A stretch of DNA of 64,000 nt from Candidatus Micrarchaeota archaeon (GTDB lineage Archaea > Micrarchaeota > Micrarchaeia > Micrarchaeales > Micrarchaeaceae): positions 1 to 64,000 of the forward strand of contig DAHWIF010000005.1 of NCBI GenBank assembly GCA_027345565.1, given 5' to 3'. This document shows positions 19,372 to 29,619 of this stretch, in pieces (position 1 is the first letter of the stretch; each line of letters starts with the position of its first letter). The notes beneath the pieces were generated by a model that saw only the letters and a program-made list of their open reading frames with translations, did no database searches and was not told where the DNA came from. The translations under genes were made by a program, and so were the position numbers.

Positions 19372-20061
19372 ATGCGCGAGAATACCTCATGGCATATAGA
19401 GGTCAGGGACATTATCATAGCAGACCTGGTGCTTATCATAGCTATGGCGCTCACCCTCTCCGGTGGCATATTCGGCGCCAGCAATTCGAAGTTCGCCGGC
19501 AACTTCCTGCTCCTCCTCCCGATCGCTGCGATAGGCGTGACGCTGAGTTTCGTCCTCCACGAGCTGATGCACAAGTTCGTAGCGCAGCACTACGGTGCGA
19601 TAGCCGGCTTCCGCACTTCGTTCATGGGCCTCGGCATAACCCTTGCTACGGGCGCGTTCGGCTTCCTCCTCGGCATACCTGGGGCTACGATGATATACGC
19701 CCACAACTTCACTAGGAGGGAGAACGGGATAGTATCGCTCGCAGGCCCTCTCACGAATTTTGTCGTGTTCGGAGCGTCGCTCGCACTCTTTTACATCCTT
19801 GCACCTCCAGCAGGCTCTTACCTGGGCGAGGCGCTCTACTTCACAATCTTCATAAGCATACTCCTTGCCTTCTTCAACATGCTGCCTATATTCCCGCTTG
19901 ATGGCAGCAAGGTGCTTGCGTGGAGCGCACCGGTCTACCTCGCCACCATAGGCACGATATTCGTGCTCATGCTGATATTTACACCGATACCGCTCTCGAC
20001 AATAATATTCATGCTGGTAATAGCCCTTTTCTTTTCGCTGTTTTACAGGCGCGCATTCTAG
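19372..20061 (+). CDS. Site-2 (M50) intramembrane metalloprotease
   Basis: HELMH, SLAGP and FNMLPIFPLDG motifs; multiple TM helices. Confidence 0.9.
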   Translation: MRENTSWHIEVRDIIIADLVLIIAMALTLSGGIFGASNSKFAGNFLLLLPIAAIGVTLSFVLHELMHKFVAQHYGAIAGFRTSFMGLGITLATGAFGFLLGIPGATMIYAHNFTRRENGIVSLAGPLTNFVVFGASLALFYILAPPAGSYLGEALYFTIFISILLAFFNMLPIFPLDGSKVLAWSAPVYLATIGTIFVLMLIFTPIPLSTIIFMLVIALFFSLFYRRAF

Positions 20062-20108
20062 GCAAGGTATTAAAGGTTTAGCACAGCACTATACTAAAGG
20101 CGGTATTC

Positions 20109-21389
20109 ATGGCGGAGAACGCTGCACCATCGACGAAGACGACGATAGATTCCCTGGTAGAGCTTCTCAAGAAGAAGGGGAAGATGGACCTTGCTTCGGT
20201 GTCCGTAGCCCTCGGAGTTGACCAGGCGATAGTGGAGAACTGGGCGAAGGTGCTTGAGAAGGGCAACATAGTAAAGATCACTTATGAAGTAGGGAAGATG
20301 TTCCTCACCATACCGACGCTCTCCGCGGAGCAAGAGGCGACAGAGCGCTCAAAGATAGAGGCGGGGATTTCGGGGCTGACGGCGCAGAGCGAGTCGCAGA
20401 TGCTTTCCCTCGACAAGCTCACAGAGGCGCTAGAATCGATAAAAGGGTCTGTTGCAACCGCGGAGAAGGCCGAGACCAGCGAGATGCCGGAAATACGCCG
20501 CGCGATAGCCGATCTCAACACAATATACGCAACGGTTGAGCAGAGGAATAGGGGACTTGAGCAGATGGCGAAGAAAGCCGAGCAGATATATGATGAGATA
20601 AACAAGAAGGTCACCGAGCTCAGCACAAGGCTTGGCGGCATAAGCGGCGAAGGGAGCACGAAGGGAGTCGACGATGCCAGGCAGGAGCTTGCATCCATAT
20701 CGAAATCGATCGCAAGCGTAAACTCAGAGATATCCGCGGTTGGCAAGAGCAGTTCCGAATCTATGGACCAGATAAGAAGGAGCGTGATAGAGCAGTCCAA
20801 GGCGCTGGAGAGGCAGATAGAGCAGTCTAAGAAGGAGATGAATGCTAAGCTTAGTGAATACGCAAAACAGGCGGATGCCATAGAGAGCCAGCTCAAGGAC
20901 CGGGTCAGGGCCATAAGCTCCAGCGTGGACGAGCTGAACAGTTTCTCCAAGGAGCGGGAGAAGCAGCTGCGCAGGCTGCGCGATTCCAGGGTCGAATTCA
21001 ACGATTATTATGTGAAGATGAGCGAGGAGCTCAAAGCACAGAGGGCGTCGGCCGATGCGATATCAAAAGAGGTGGGTGAGAAGGTTGCGAAGCTGAAGGC
21101 GGGTTTCGGCGAAGCCGCAGAGATCGATGACACTCTTAGCACGTTGAAGAGCCAGATGGCTGGCCTGGAGAAGGAGATAGCAGACGCGCGCCAGGATGTA
21201 ACTGACATAATAAACAAGCTGCGCGCCTTAAACGCGCTCTCATCAGCGCCCACCGGGCAGGAGATGGCTGCGCTGAGCACCCTGCAGAAACGGGCATCAG
21301 CTGCAAGGTCAAAGGTCTCCAACATAAATGATAAAGTGGAGAACGCCAGGTCGGCCGCGAGCAAGATAGCTGAAAAGAAAAAGAAGTAG
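20109..21389 (+). CDS. Long coiled-coil protein with N-terminal wHTH-like domain
   Basis: TIDSLVELLKKKG...VENWAKVLE..G.V.I.Y followed by about 350 aa of heptad repeats. Confidence 0.75.
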   Translation: MAENAAPSTKTTIDSLVELLKKKGKMDLASVSVALGVDQAIVENWAKVLEKGNIVKITYEVGKMFLTIPTLSAEQEATERSKIEAGISGLTAQSESQMLSLDKLTEALESIKGSVATAEKAETSEMPEIRRAIADLNTIYATVEQRNRGLEQMAKKAEQIYDEINKKVTELSTRLGGISGEGSTKGVDDARQELASISKSIASVNSEISAVGKSSSESMDQIRRSVIEQSKALERQIEQSKKEMNAKLSEYAKQADAIESQLKDRVRAISSSVDELNSFSKEREKQLRRLRDSRVEFNDYYVKMSEELKAQRASADAISKEVGEKVAKLKAGFGEAAEIDDTLSTLKSQMAGLEKEIADARQDVTDIINKLRALNALSSAPTGQEMAALSTLQKRASAARSKVSNINDKVENARSAASKIAEKKKK

Positions 21390-21399
21390 GTAGGTTTGA

Positions 21400-22899
21400 T
21401 TGGAGCAAAAAGACGCCGAAAAGGTTCTTGCCGAGTACAGCCTTAATGCGAACGGCATGCCGATAAATGTAAGGATAGCACAGACTGCGGATTACGTACC
21501 GATATACAACATGAGCATACCAGGCCTGAGCGACCCTACCAAACTACTCCTCTTCTCACTAAGGGGTGAGCTTGTCGCAATGGTGACGGTTGACACCACG
21601 CGCATACAGGACAGGAAATATCTAGAGGAGGTAAACAGAAAGTACATCGAGACAAGCAGCACACTGATAGACAAGTACCTGCCAGCCACCCCAACCGAAA
21701 CAAAATCGCTACTGATCGCCTATATAATAAACATGATGCTGGGCCTCGGGGACCTCGAGGCCCCGCTGGCCGATGACAACCTTGAGGAGATAACGGTCAA
21801 CGGCGCTGCGAACATGATATGGGTGTTCCACAAGCAGTTTGGTTGGTGCAAGACAAACATGAAGCTGGCCAACGAGGAGATGATATACGACTACGCCGAG
21901 CAGATAGGAAGGCGGGTCGGCAGGGAGATAAACAACCTATCTCCGCTCATGGATGCAGTGCTGCCTGACGGATCTAGGATGAACGCCACGCTCTACCCAG
22001 TGTCGCAAGTCGGCAACACCATAACGATAAGGAAGTTCGCGAAGAATCCGTGGACGATGCCAGCTATGATTAAGAACCAGACAGTGAGCTCAGAGATAGG
22101 CGCGGTGGTGTGGTTGTGCATACAGAACGAGATAAGCCTTCTGATATCAGGGGGTACCGCGAGCGGCAAGACCAGCCTGCTCAACTCCTCAAGCATTTTC
22201 TTTCCGCCGAGCCACAGGGTTGTGTCTGTCGAGGAGACCAGAGAGCTCACCCTGCCGAGCTTCCTCCAATGGGTGCCCATGGTCACCAGGCAGCCTAATC
22301 CAGAAGGCAAGGGAGAGGTGACACTTTACGACCTTACAATAAACGCGCTTAGGCAGAGGCCGGATATAGTCGTCGTTGGGGAGATAAGGGTCAAGAAGGA
22401 TGCTGAGACCCTCTTCGAAGCGATACACACTGGCCACGCGGTGTACGGCACTGTGCACGCGGACAATGCGCAGGATACGATAGTGAGGCTGACAAACCCC
22501 CCGATAGAGGTCCCGAAGATAATGCTGAACGCGCTTGGCGCCGTCATGGTCGCATTCAGGCACAGGAATAAGGGCATAAGGCGCATACTCGAATACGGTG
22601 AAGTGCTTAGGAGCGGGGATGTCAACGTGCTGTACAAATGGAGCCCGAGGAGCGACAGTTTTCCGCAGATAGGGGACATGACGAGGCTTGCCGACACGCT
22701 GATGCTGTATTCGGGGTACACCGCGAAGGAGATAGACGACGACATTGTGGAGAAGATGTCCATACTCGACTGGATGGTGAAGAATGATGTCGTGTCTGTG
22801 GACGACGCTGGATTCGTAGTCGCCAACTATTACAAGAACAAGGACAAGGTTTTGGGCATAGTGAGGGATAATGCAGCATTTTCAAGGGATATATTTTAA
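21400..22899 (+). CDS. Type IV pilus/secretion assembly ATPase (TadA/CpaF/VirB11 family)
   Basis: Walker A GGTASGKT, EETREL, ALRQRPD.VVVGEIR and TGH..YGTVHA motifs. Confidence 0.93.
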   Translation: MEQKDAEKVLAEYSLNANGMPINVRIAQTADYVPIYNMSIPGLSDPTKLLLFSLRGELVAMVTVDTTRIQDRKYLEEVNRKYIETSSTLIDKYLPATPTETKSLLIAYIINMMLGLGDLEAPLADDNLEEITVNGAANMIWVFHKQFGWCKTNMKLANEEMIYDYAEQIGRRVGREINNLSPLMDAVLPDGSRMNATLYPVSQVGNTITIRKFAKNPWTMPAMIKNQTVSSEIGAVVWLCIQNEISLLISGGTASGKTSLLNSSSIFFPPSHRVVSVEETRELTLPSFLQWVPMVTRQPNPEGKGEVTLYDLTINALRQRPDIVVVGEIRVKKDAETLFEAIHTGHAVYGTVHADNAQDTIVRLTNPPIEVPKIMLNALGAVMVAFRHRNKGIRRILEYGEVLRSGDVNVLYKWSPRSDSFPQIGDMTRLADTLMLYSGYTAKEIDDDIVEKMSILDWMVKNDVVSVDDAGFVVANYYKNKDKVLGIVRDNAAFSRDIF

Positions 22900-24150
22900 C
22901 AACGTGAGCGGGAAATCCCACACCATTCATGGGTGGGATGAAAGCGAACCGCAGATAAGCATATAAAGATAAATTGGGATAAAAACAGAGGAACAAAAGG
23001 GAATGTGATGAACAGGGCATACAAATTCAGGATATATCCGACAAAATCTCAAGAGAACGAAATGGATACTCACAGGTGGATTTCAAAGAACCTATGGAAC
23101 GAGATGCTTGCATTCTGCAAGGAGACATACGAGAAGACAGGAAAGTTCCCGAACAGGAACCAATTGCAGATAATGACGAAACAGAAGGGCATGTATTCGC
23201 AGTCTTCGCAGGATATATCTCATAGGTTGGTGAAATCATTATGGACGTTCATTCAGCTTCGGAAAAAGGGAAAGAAAGCCGGTTTCCCAAGGTTTAGGAA
23301 CATCGATAGGTCAAAATCAATTTATTACCCTCAATCTGGATTCTGGTTGGGCAAGAAACTGAAGGTAACTCCCTTCGGTGAGATAAAGATAATAAAACAC
23401 AGGGAGGTTGAAGGGCAGATAAAAACTCTGTCATTGAAACGTGAATCTGCTGGACGATGGTATGCTGTATTCACCTCAGAACTTCCTGATATAGAACTCA
23501 AGCCAAATGGAAAGGGAAAGGTAGGAATGGATTTGGGGCTGAAGACATTTGCTACATTGTCAAATGGGATAAAGATAAACAATCCTCGTCATGTAAAGAA
23601 ATACGAAAGGAAACTTGCGATATGGCAAAGAAGAATGTCAAAAAGGGAAAAAGGAAGCCATAATAGGTGGAAGCAGAAACAGAAGGTAGCAATGCTGTAC
23701 GAGAAGGTTTCCAACGTAAGAAAGGATTTTCAACATAAACTATCAAATCAATTCGTAAATTCATATTCATTGATTGCATTGGAGAAACTACAGTCAAAGA
23801 ATATGGCACAGCAAAGATACGGAAAGTGGATAAATGACGCTGGATGGAATTCATTTGCAAACATGCTGACATACAAGGCTGAAAGTGCTGGGTGTCAGGT
23901 CGTATTCGTGAGTCCAGAGAATACGTCAAAGACGTGCCATGTCTGTGGGAACATGCAGGACATGCCTCTCAACGAAAGGACATATAATTGCGAGAGGTGC
24001 ATGTCGGTAACGGACAGGGACATAAATGCATCTATAAATATACTTACAAAAGCTACTCTGGGACACAGAGGAAGTAACGCTTGTGGAGATGGCAAAAATG
24101 TTGTCTAAGAAGCAAGAAGCCCACACCCTTCAGGGGCGGGAGTATGTCAC
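22900..24150 (+). mobile_element. Non-autonomous IS200/IS605-family (IS1341-like) element, tnpB only
   Basis: Left hairpin 22912-22942 follows TTTAA; right hairpin GAAGCCCACACCCTTCAGGGGCGGGAG ends at GTCAC (24150); AT-rich (17/60 GC in 23701-23760); no tnpA. Confidence 0.88.
23005..24108 (+). CDS. tnpB: RNA-guided endonuclease TnpB
   Basis: RAYKFRIYP, GFPRF, RuvC GMDLG / LEKL / DRDINAS, Zn finger CHVC..CERC. Confidence 0.95.
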   Translation: MMNRAYKFRIYPTKSQENEMDTHRWISKNLWNEMLAFCKETYEKTGKFPNRNQLQIMTKQKGMYSQSSQDISHRLVKSLWTFIQLRKKGKKAGFPRFRNIDRSKSIYYPQSGFWLGKKLKVTPFGEIKIIKHREVEGQIKTLSLKRESAGRWYAVFTSELPDIELKPNGKGKVGMDLGLKTFATLSNGIKINNPRHVKKYERKLAIWQRRMSKREKGSHNRWKQKQKVAMLYEKVSNVRKDFQHKLSNQFVNSYSLIALEKLQSKNMAQQRYGKWINDAGWNSFANMLTYKAESAGCQVVFVSPENTSKTCHVCGNMQDMPLNERTYNCERCMSVTDRDINASINILTKATLGHRGSNACGDGKNVV

Positions 24151-24179
24151 TGGTTGTCCTCGTTTATAACTGTGGTTAT

Positions 24180-24878
24180 ATGGCTGACCAAGCAGCAGAG
24201 AGCGCGTACACCAAGCTGCTGAAGCAGATAGAGCAGATTGAGGGTGCGGTCAGCGCTGTAGGGAGCGCAGCTATAGACATATCCGGCAGCTTCGCCAATG
24301 CACCAGGCAGGAAAGCACCGTCATATAGGGATATGCTTGTTAAGATAAATGAGATAGAGAAAAGTAAAGCAAGGGTGCCGAAGGCCGCTCCTGCTGTACA
24401 GGCAGCTGCTCCGCAAGCAGCGCAGCCAGTTGCCCCACAAGTGCAGGTGCAACAGGTGAAGCAGGAGGAGCTTGCACAGCTGCCAACAGAGCGGAAAGAG
24501 GGGACAAACGTATATGCGGGTAAGGAGCTTGCCGAGCTTGTAAGATCCCTGCCTGTAAAGATACCGAAAGTTGGCAAGCACAAATTGAAGAGAGAGAAGG
24601 ATGCGAACCTTGTGCTGCCTAACCTTTCGCTGGTGGACCAGGTCGCTGAGCTGGAGCGCATACTCGATGCTATAAATGCCAAGGCGCTGCACGGTGACGA
24701 GCTAGATATGGTGGCCAGCGAGCTATACGGGCTCGTGGAGCGGGTCAATGCTGAGAAGAAGCAGCTAAAGAAGGGCAGGTCGTCAAATGCTGACGATTAC
24801 CAGCTCCTGGAGCTTCGAGACCAGAGGATAGAGGCTGTGGCAGCCGCGCTAACGGATGCAGAGAAAGCAGGTGAATGA
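24180..24878 (+). CDS. Hypothetical protein in pilus operon (A/P/Q-rich linker)
   Basis: Start MADQAA lies downstream of the IS right end; LPNLSLVDQVAELERI motif. Confidence 0.7.
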   Translation: MADQAAESAYTKLLKQIEQIEGAVSAVGSAAIDISGSFANAPGRKAPSYRDMLVKINEIEKSKARVPKAAPAVQAAAPQAAQPVAPQVQVQQVKQEELAQLPTERKEGTNVYAGKELAELVRSLPVKIPKVGKHKLKREKDANLVLPNLSLVDQVAELERILDAINAKALHGDELDMVASELYGLVERVNAEKKQLKKGRSSNADDYQLLELRDQRIEAVAAALTDAEKAGE

Positions 24879-25997
24879 TTGGGGCTTTTCAAGAAAAAAG
24901 AAATCAAAGTGATAAACGTTGAGGGCAGGAGGATAGAGCTCCAGCCTAAGCCGAAGAGAGGGCTGTCTGCGCTGTTCGGCGGAGGTGTCACGAAGCGGCA
25001 ACCGAAGCCGCAGCAAATCGTTGGACCTGCTGCCCAGCCACAGAGTCCTGCTTCGCAGCCGCAACAGAGACCTGCCCCTCAGCCGGTGCAGCATGCGGAA
25101 AAGCCGGTGCAGCCGCAACAGGCGCAGCAGCAGGCGCAGAAAAAAACGCAGAGCCGCACGCCGGCCGCGTGGCGGCACCACATAGAGAAGCTAGCGATAA
25201 AGAACAGGAAGATAGAGACTATGCTGCAGCAGAGGCGCATGGGTGTGAGCCTCTACGATTTCATACAGCGCATGTTAATAGCCTCGATAATAGTTGCGGT
25301 CGTCATTGCGGCAACGATGCTGCTCGTCCTTGTGAGGGCTGGGGTGGTGCTGCCTGCAGCGCTAGTTCTCGCAGTACTGATAGGCTACGCGGTGAACAGG
25401 TTCGCGTTCAACTCTTTCCTGAGATATCCGCTCAGGAACGAGGAGATAGCGGCTAAGAACATAGAGCGCGACATACTGTTTGCAGCTAGGAACATGATAA
25501 TATCGTTAAGGTCCGGCATGCCGCTCTACAATGCGATAGTCTCTGTAAGCTCCGGATATGGCGACGCCAGCAGGGAATTTGCGAAGGTGACCGAGAGGTC
25601 CAACCTCGGCATGTCGCTTGAGGAGGCTGTAGACCAGACGGTATCGGAGAGTAAGAGCCAGTCATTCAGGAGGATAATGCTTCAGGTATCCGCTAGCATA
25701 AAGGCCGGGGCGGATATAGTGTCGTCGCTGCAGAGCGTGACTGACCAGCTGTCAGAAGAGCGCATGATATCGCTCAGAAGGTACGGGCAGAGGCTGAACG
25801 CGATAGCGATGTTCTACATGCTCTTCGGCGTGATACTGCCTAGCATGGGTATAGCGATAGCCACCATACTCACCACCTTCATATCCGTGTTCACTGTCAA
25901 CGACGCGCTGCTCGAAGCCGCGATAGTCGGTATAGTCTTCCTGCAGTTGATATTCCTGCAATTGATAAGGTCATCGAGGCCTGTATTCGCACTGTGA
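24879..25997 (+). CDS. Type II secretion system F / TadB-TadC-like pilus platform protein
   Basis: SLRSGMPL, YGDASREF, G.SLEEA motifs plus TM helices. Confidence 0.88.
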   Translation: MGLFKKKEIKVINVEGRRIELQPKPKRGLSALFGGGVTKRQPKPQQIVGPAAQPQSPASQPQQRPAPQPVQHAEKPVQPQQAQQQAQKKTQSRTPAAWRHHIEKLAIKNRKIETMLQQRRMGVSLYDFIQRMLIASIIVAVVIAATMLLVLVRAGVVLPAALVLAVLIGYAVNRFAFNSFLRYPLRNEEIAAKNIERDILFAARNMIISLRSGMPLYNAIVSVSSGYGDASREFAKVTERSNLGMSLEEAVDQTVSESKSQSFRRIMLQVSASIKAGADIVSSLQSVTDQLSEERMISLRRYGQRLNAIAMFYMLFGVILPSMGIAIATILTTFISVFTVNDALLEAAIVGIVFLQLIFLQLIRSSRPVFAL

Positions 25998-26001
25998 TGC
26001 C

Positions 26002-26997
26002 ATGGCTATAAATTTTGAGAGGCTTGTCTCGCGCGGCCTGGCCATAAGGGTCTCCAGAGAGATGGACCTTGCGGGAGTGAAAAGCAGCGTAAACCGCATA
26101 CTAGGCATCGCAATAATCGGCGCGCTGGCAATACTCATAATTATCTCCTTCCTGCTCGCCATCTCGCACACCACCGCCGCGTCTCTCGCCTTCGTCATCG
26201 GCGCAGGCACTGCGGCGTTCTATATAGCCATCATATACGTATTTCTTGAGTATAGGATAGACAAGAGGCGCATGGGCATGGAGAGCATGCTGCCCGACTA
26301 CCTGCAGATCGCATCAGCGAACCTGAGGAGCGGACTCTCCCTGGACAGGGCGATGATGATTGCGGCGAGGCCAGAGTTCACGTTCTTCTCAAACGACATA
26401 AAGGACATGTCAAGGAGGGTGTTCGGCGGCGAGACGCTTGCGAATGCCCTGAGTGGAGTCGCTGTGAAGTACCGATCAAGGCAGCTCAACCACACTGTCA
26501 AGATGATCACCGAGTCGCTGCGTTACGGCGGTGCAATGGCGGACCTGCTCGACCAGGTAAGCAAGGACATACGCGGCCAGCAGATGATCCAGAAGGAGGT
26601 GTCGAGCCAGCTCTTCATGTACAGCATATTCATAGCGTTTGCTGGCATAATAGCTGCGCCGGTGCTCTACGGGCTGACAGGGCAGATGATAAGCGTCACT
26701 GATACCGTATGGAAGGGCATACTCGCTGCCAACCCAGGCGGTCTTCCGACGATAGGCGTGTCGTTCCTTAAACCATCACCGCCGCAAATAAGCATAGCTA
26801 CTTACAGGTACTTCTCAATCGCAGCCATAATCGTGATAACGGGTTTCGCAGGGCTGATAATGTCTGCGATATCTACAGGATCGGCTATGCGGGGCATAAA
26901 GTATCTTCCTCTGTTCATACTCGGCGGCCTAGGAATATATCTGATCATAGCGAAGCTCATAGCAGGCCTTTTCGCAGGCATCACTCCCGCAGCATGA
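26002..26997 (+). CDS. Type II secretion system F / TadC-like pilus platform protein
   Basis: LPDYL..ASANLRSGLSL..A, G.TL..AL and YGGAMADLL motifs. Confidence 0.9.
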   Translation: MAINFERLVSRGLAIRVSREMDLAGVKSSVNRILGIAIIGALAILIIISFLLAISHTTAASLAFVIGAGTAAFYIAIIYVFLEYRIDKRRMGMESMLPDYLQIASANLRSGLSLDRAMMIAARPEFTFFSNDIKDMSRRVFGGETLANALSGVAVKYRSRQLNHTVKMITESLRYGGAMADLLDQVSKDIRGQQMIQKEVSSQLFMYSIFIAFAGIIAAPVLYGLTGQMISVTDTVWKGILAANPGGLPTIGVSFLKPSPPQISIATYRYFSIAAIIVITGFAGLIMSAISTGSAMRGIKYLPLFILGGLGIYLIIAKLIAGLFAGITPAA

Positions 26998-29619
26998 TCA
27001 TGTCGGTACAATCGATGCGCCGCACACTCCGTTTATCATGCTTGCGACCGTGCATGACCCGGAAGAATTGCTTATGTAGCCGTTGTTGTTTCCTATTACA
27101 TCATGCGTCTGGTTAAGCATTCCCTGGTATGGCACCGAGAGCGGCCAGTATGATACTGGGGTCATGCCGCTCACGCTGTTGTTCAGGTAAAGGCTCTGCA
27201 CCTGGCTAGCATTCATGGCATTCGCGTATATCTGTATGTCTGCGGCATCGCCAATGAGATTCTGGCCCGCGCTGTTGCCGTATCCTATCTGGACCCCTGT
27301 GTTCTGGTTTGATACCGAAAACGGGTCGCTCAGTACGTTAGCTCCGTCAACATATATGGTTTCTGTGCCTCCGGATATGACTGCCGTCATGAAATACCAT
27401 TCGTTCGTGCTAAGCGACGTCGATGATTTGAATTCCGTGGCGTTTATCCAGTCGTAAAAGCAGGGGTTTATGGAGCTGCCGCATGCGCCTACGCCCCATG
27501 CATCCTCCTTCGCCACCAGCCAGCCCAAAGTGCTCGGCGCGGCTGCATAGTCCACCCAGCCAGATATCGTGAGCGGCGATGGTAGCTGCAACGCCGCAAC
27601 GTTAGGCACCTGCACGTATGCATCGTTTGTGAAAGCCATGGCGCTAGGCACGCTCCCGTTAGTGACACCTAGCGCTCCAGCCTCGCTCTGCGCGGTTCCG
27701 CCCCGTGCTGCAAGCACGCGCGGACCCAAATAAAGGTGGCTTAGCGTGATGTTGCCGCACTGGTTCAGGTTGGCGCAGTTGAGCACGCCTTTCACCACGC
27801 TTGCATTGTAAAGGTTTGGCATGTTGGGGAATACAGGATCGGAAATGTATCCTGCCATTTTGGTATACATCATATTCTGCGCTGTGCCGTTGTTGTTCTC
27901 TCCTGAATAATCGTTCGCGTTGCCGTTGAGCGGCCACCACCCGGCTAGGCTTGCGTTGGAGAGCGGCGTGCCATCCAGGCCATTGATGTAGAGCCGGGAC
28001 ACCTGGGCTGGCGAGAGCGCAGTTGTATAGATTTGCACATTTGCTATGTTGCCGGAGAAATAGAGGCCCCACACCTGCTCATACCCTATGATGGTGTTGC
28101 CAAGTCCGGACAACGGGGAGGATGCCGAGCCTGAGCTGTATGTCGGCCCTGGGGATGCCACTCCATCCACATATATCTTGAAGTCGGAAGGCGACACAGA
28201 GGTGCCTGACGGCGCATAGAATGTTCCGACTATCAAGTGCCATTTGCCGTTGTTCACCGCCCTATTTGCGTTCAGCAGCTGTATTACGTTGTTACTGTCC
28301 AGCAGCACCGCCGGGGTGCCTGCTGTTGAGCCGCTGCAATAGCTACCAGGGCTGCCGCATGAAGGGCCTACAGCGAGGGTTATGCTTTGACCGGCCCCGC
28401 TTCCCCTGTCACTGACAACTGCTCCCTGCGACGCGGTTGTCTTCACCCACGCTGCAATCGTGTAGGCGGTGACAGAGTTCTGCACGTACGGGACGGACAC
28501 ATAGCTGCTTGCGCCGTTGAATTGTGCATATCTGGTGTTAATGGCGCCAAGGCTGAACGAGCCCTGCCCTGATCCCACAGATCCTTGCTGTTGCGACTGC
28601 TGCAGGTATGAGGGAGCGCCAGATGCCTGATAATAGTAGCCGTTCTGGATGCCTGTCTTCACCCGGGCGAGGTTCAGCAGGGCCAGTGCAGAGCCGTCAA
28701 GCAGCACAGATGTGCCGTTGCCTATCACGTTAGGGGATATGAAATCAGATGGATATACCAGGTAAGGGAAGAGCGGTGTCAGCGACCCCAATGAATTTGT
28801 GACCAAGCCGCCCATGCTGCATATGTTCGAAGAGAGTGAGCCGGCATCAGGGGTGACAAGTATGTAGTTTGCATTCTGGAATCCTGACGGCACGTTGCTG
28901 CATGTCGGCGTGCCACCTATGTATACGGCGGTGCCGTATGCGAACATGAACGGGCTCCTGCTCCCAGACAGCGCGCTCGTATTCCCTATCATGGTCTGTG
29001 GCTGTGCCGCGCCAGTCACGTAAGATGTGACGCCTCTCTCCGCGCCAAGCAGGCTCCGTGTCCCGTTTATGCTTACGTTGGCTGTAGATGAGATGGGGTA
29101 GTTGATTATTCCGGTGCTGAGGTTCAGAGTCACAAGGTCTGTCAGCCTGGCGGTGAGGTTCAGCGGCGCTCCCTGGTAGACGCTGATTGACAGGTTGCTG
29201 ATAGTGAAGCTGCCGCCCTGCAGCGACGCCAGTCCCTGCAGCGCAGAGGTGTAGTTGACTAGCATGGCCCCTCCCATGTACGATAGCATATTAGTTCCGT
29301 ATATCGTCCCGTTGTCCATCAGGCTTGCCAGAGCATATGCGGTGTTGTTTATGAAATGGTACTTCCTCAATGATGGTGTGGATTCGTACACTGTAAGCGC
29401 GTTAAGCGAATTATTCAGGCTAGCCGCCAGGAAGCTGCCAGAACCGCTGCTTATGAAGCCCAGCAGCACAGAGGAGCTGAACGCAGCAGATGTGGCGGAA
29501 GTGAGATGGTCGTAGCTGATGCTTATATCCACATAACTTGAAAGCTCGCCAAGCATGAGTATGAATAGGACAAGCATTGCCAGCGTAAGCAGTACCCCCT
29601 TCTTGTTCTTCATCTCCAT
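26998..29619 (-). CDS. Class III signal-peptide adhesin with two LamG (ConA-like) domains
   Basis: MKNKKGVLLTL; AQFNG..TIAAWV..WHLIVG..IYVDG..F.GNIANVQIY..WWPLNGNAND. Confidence 0.85.
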   Translation of the reverse strand: MEMKNKKGVLLTLAMLVLFILMLGELSSYVDISISYDHLTSATSAAFSSSVLLGFISSGSGSFLAASLNNSLNALTVYESTPSLRKYHFINNTAYALASLMDNGTIYGTNMLSYMGGAMLVNYTSALQGLASLQGGSFTISNLSISVYQGAPLNLTARLTDLVTLNLSTGIINYPISSTANVSINGTRSLLGAERGVTSYVTGAAQPQTMIGNTSALSGSRSPFMFAYGTAVYIGGTPTCSNVPSGFQNANYILVTPDAGSLSSNICSMGGLVTNSLGSLTPLFPYLVYPSDFISPNVIGNGTSVLLDGSALALLNLARVKTGIQNGYYYQASGAPSYLQQSQQQGSVGSGQGSFSLGAINTRYAQFNGASSYVSVPYVQNSVTAYTIAAWVKTTASQGAVVSDRGSGAGQSITLAVGPSCGSPGSYCSGSTAGTPAVLLDSNNVIQLLNANRAVNNGKWHLIVGTFYAPSGTSVSPSDFKIYVDGVASPGPTYSSGSASSPLSGLGNTIIGYEQVWGLYFSGNIANVQIYTTALSPAQVSRLYINGLDGTPLSNASLAGWWPLNGNANDYSGENNNGTAQNMMYTKMAGYISDPVFPNMPNLYNASVVKGVLNCANLNQCGNITLSHLYLGPRVLAARGGTAQSEAGALGVTNGSVPSAMAFTNDAYVQVPNVAALQLPSPLTISGWVDYAAAPSTLGWLVAKEDAWGVGACGSSINPCFYDWINATEFKSSTSLSTNEWYFMTAVISGGTETIYVDGANVLSDPFSVSNQNTGVQIGYGNSAGQNLIGDAADIQIYANAMNASQVQSLYLNNSVSGMTPVSYWPLSVPYQGMLNQTHDVIGNNNGYISNSSGSCTVASMINGVCGASIVPT

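Noticed and set aside
24081-24179. N-terminal extension of the 265-aa ORF
   Set aside because: It reads through the IS right end; the native start is the ATG at 24180
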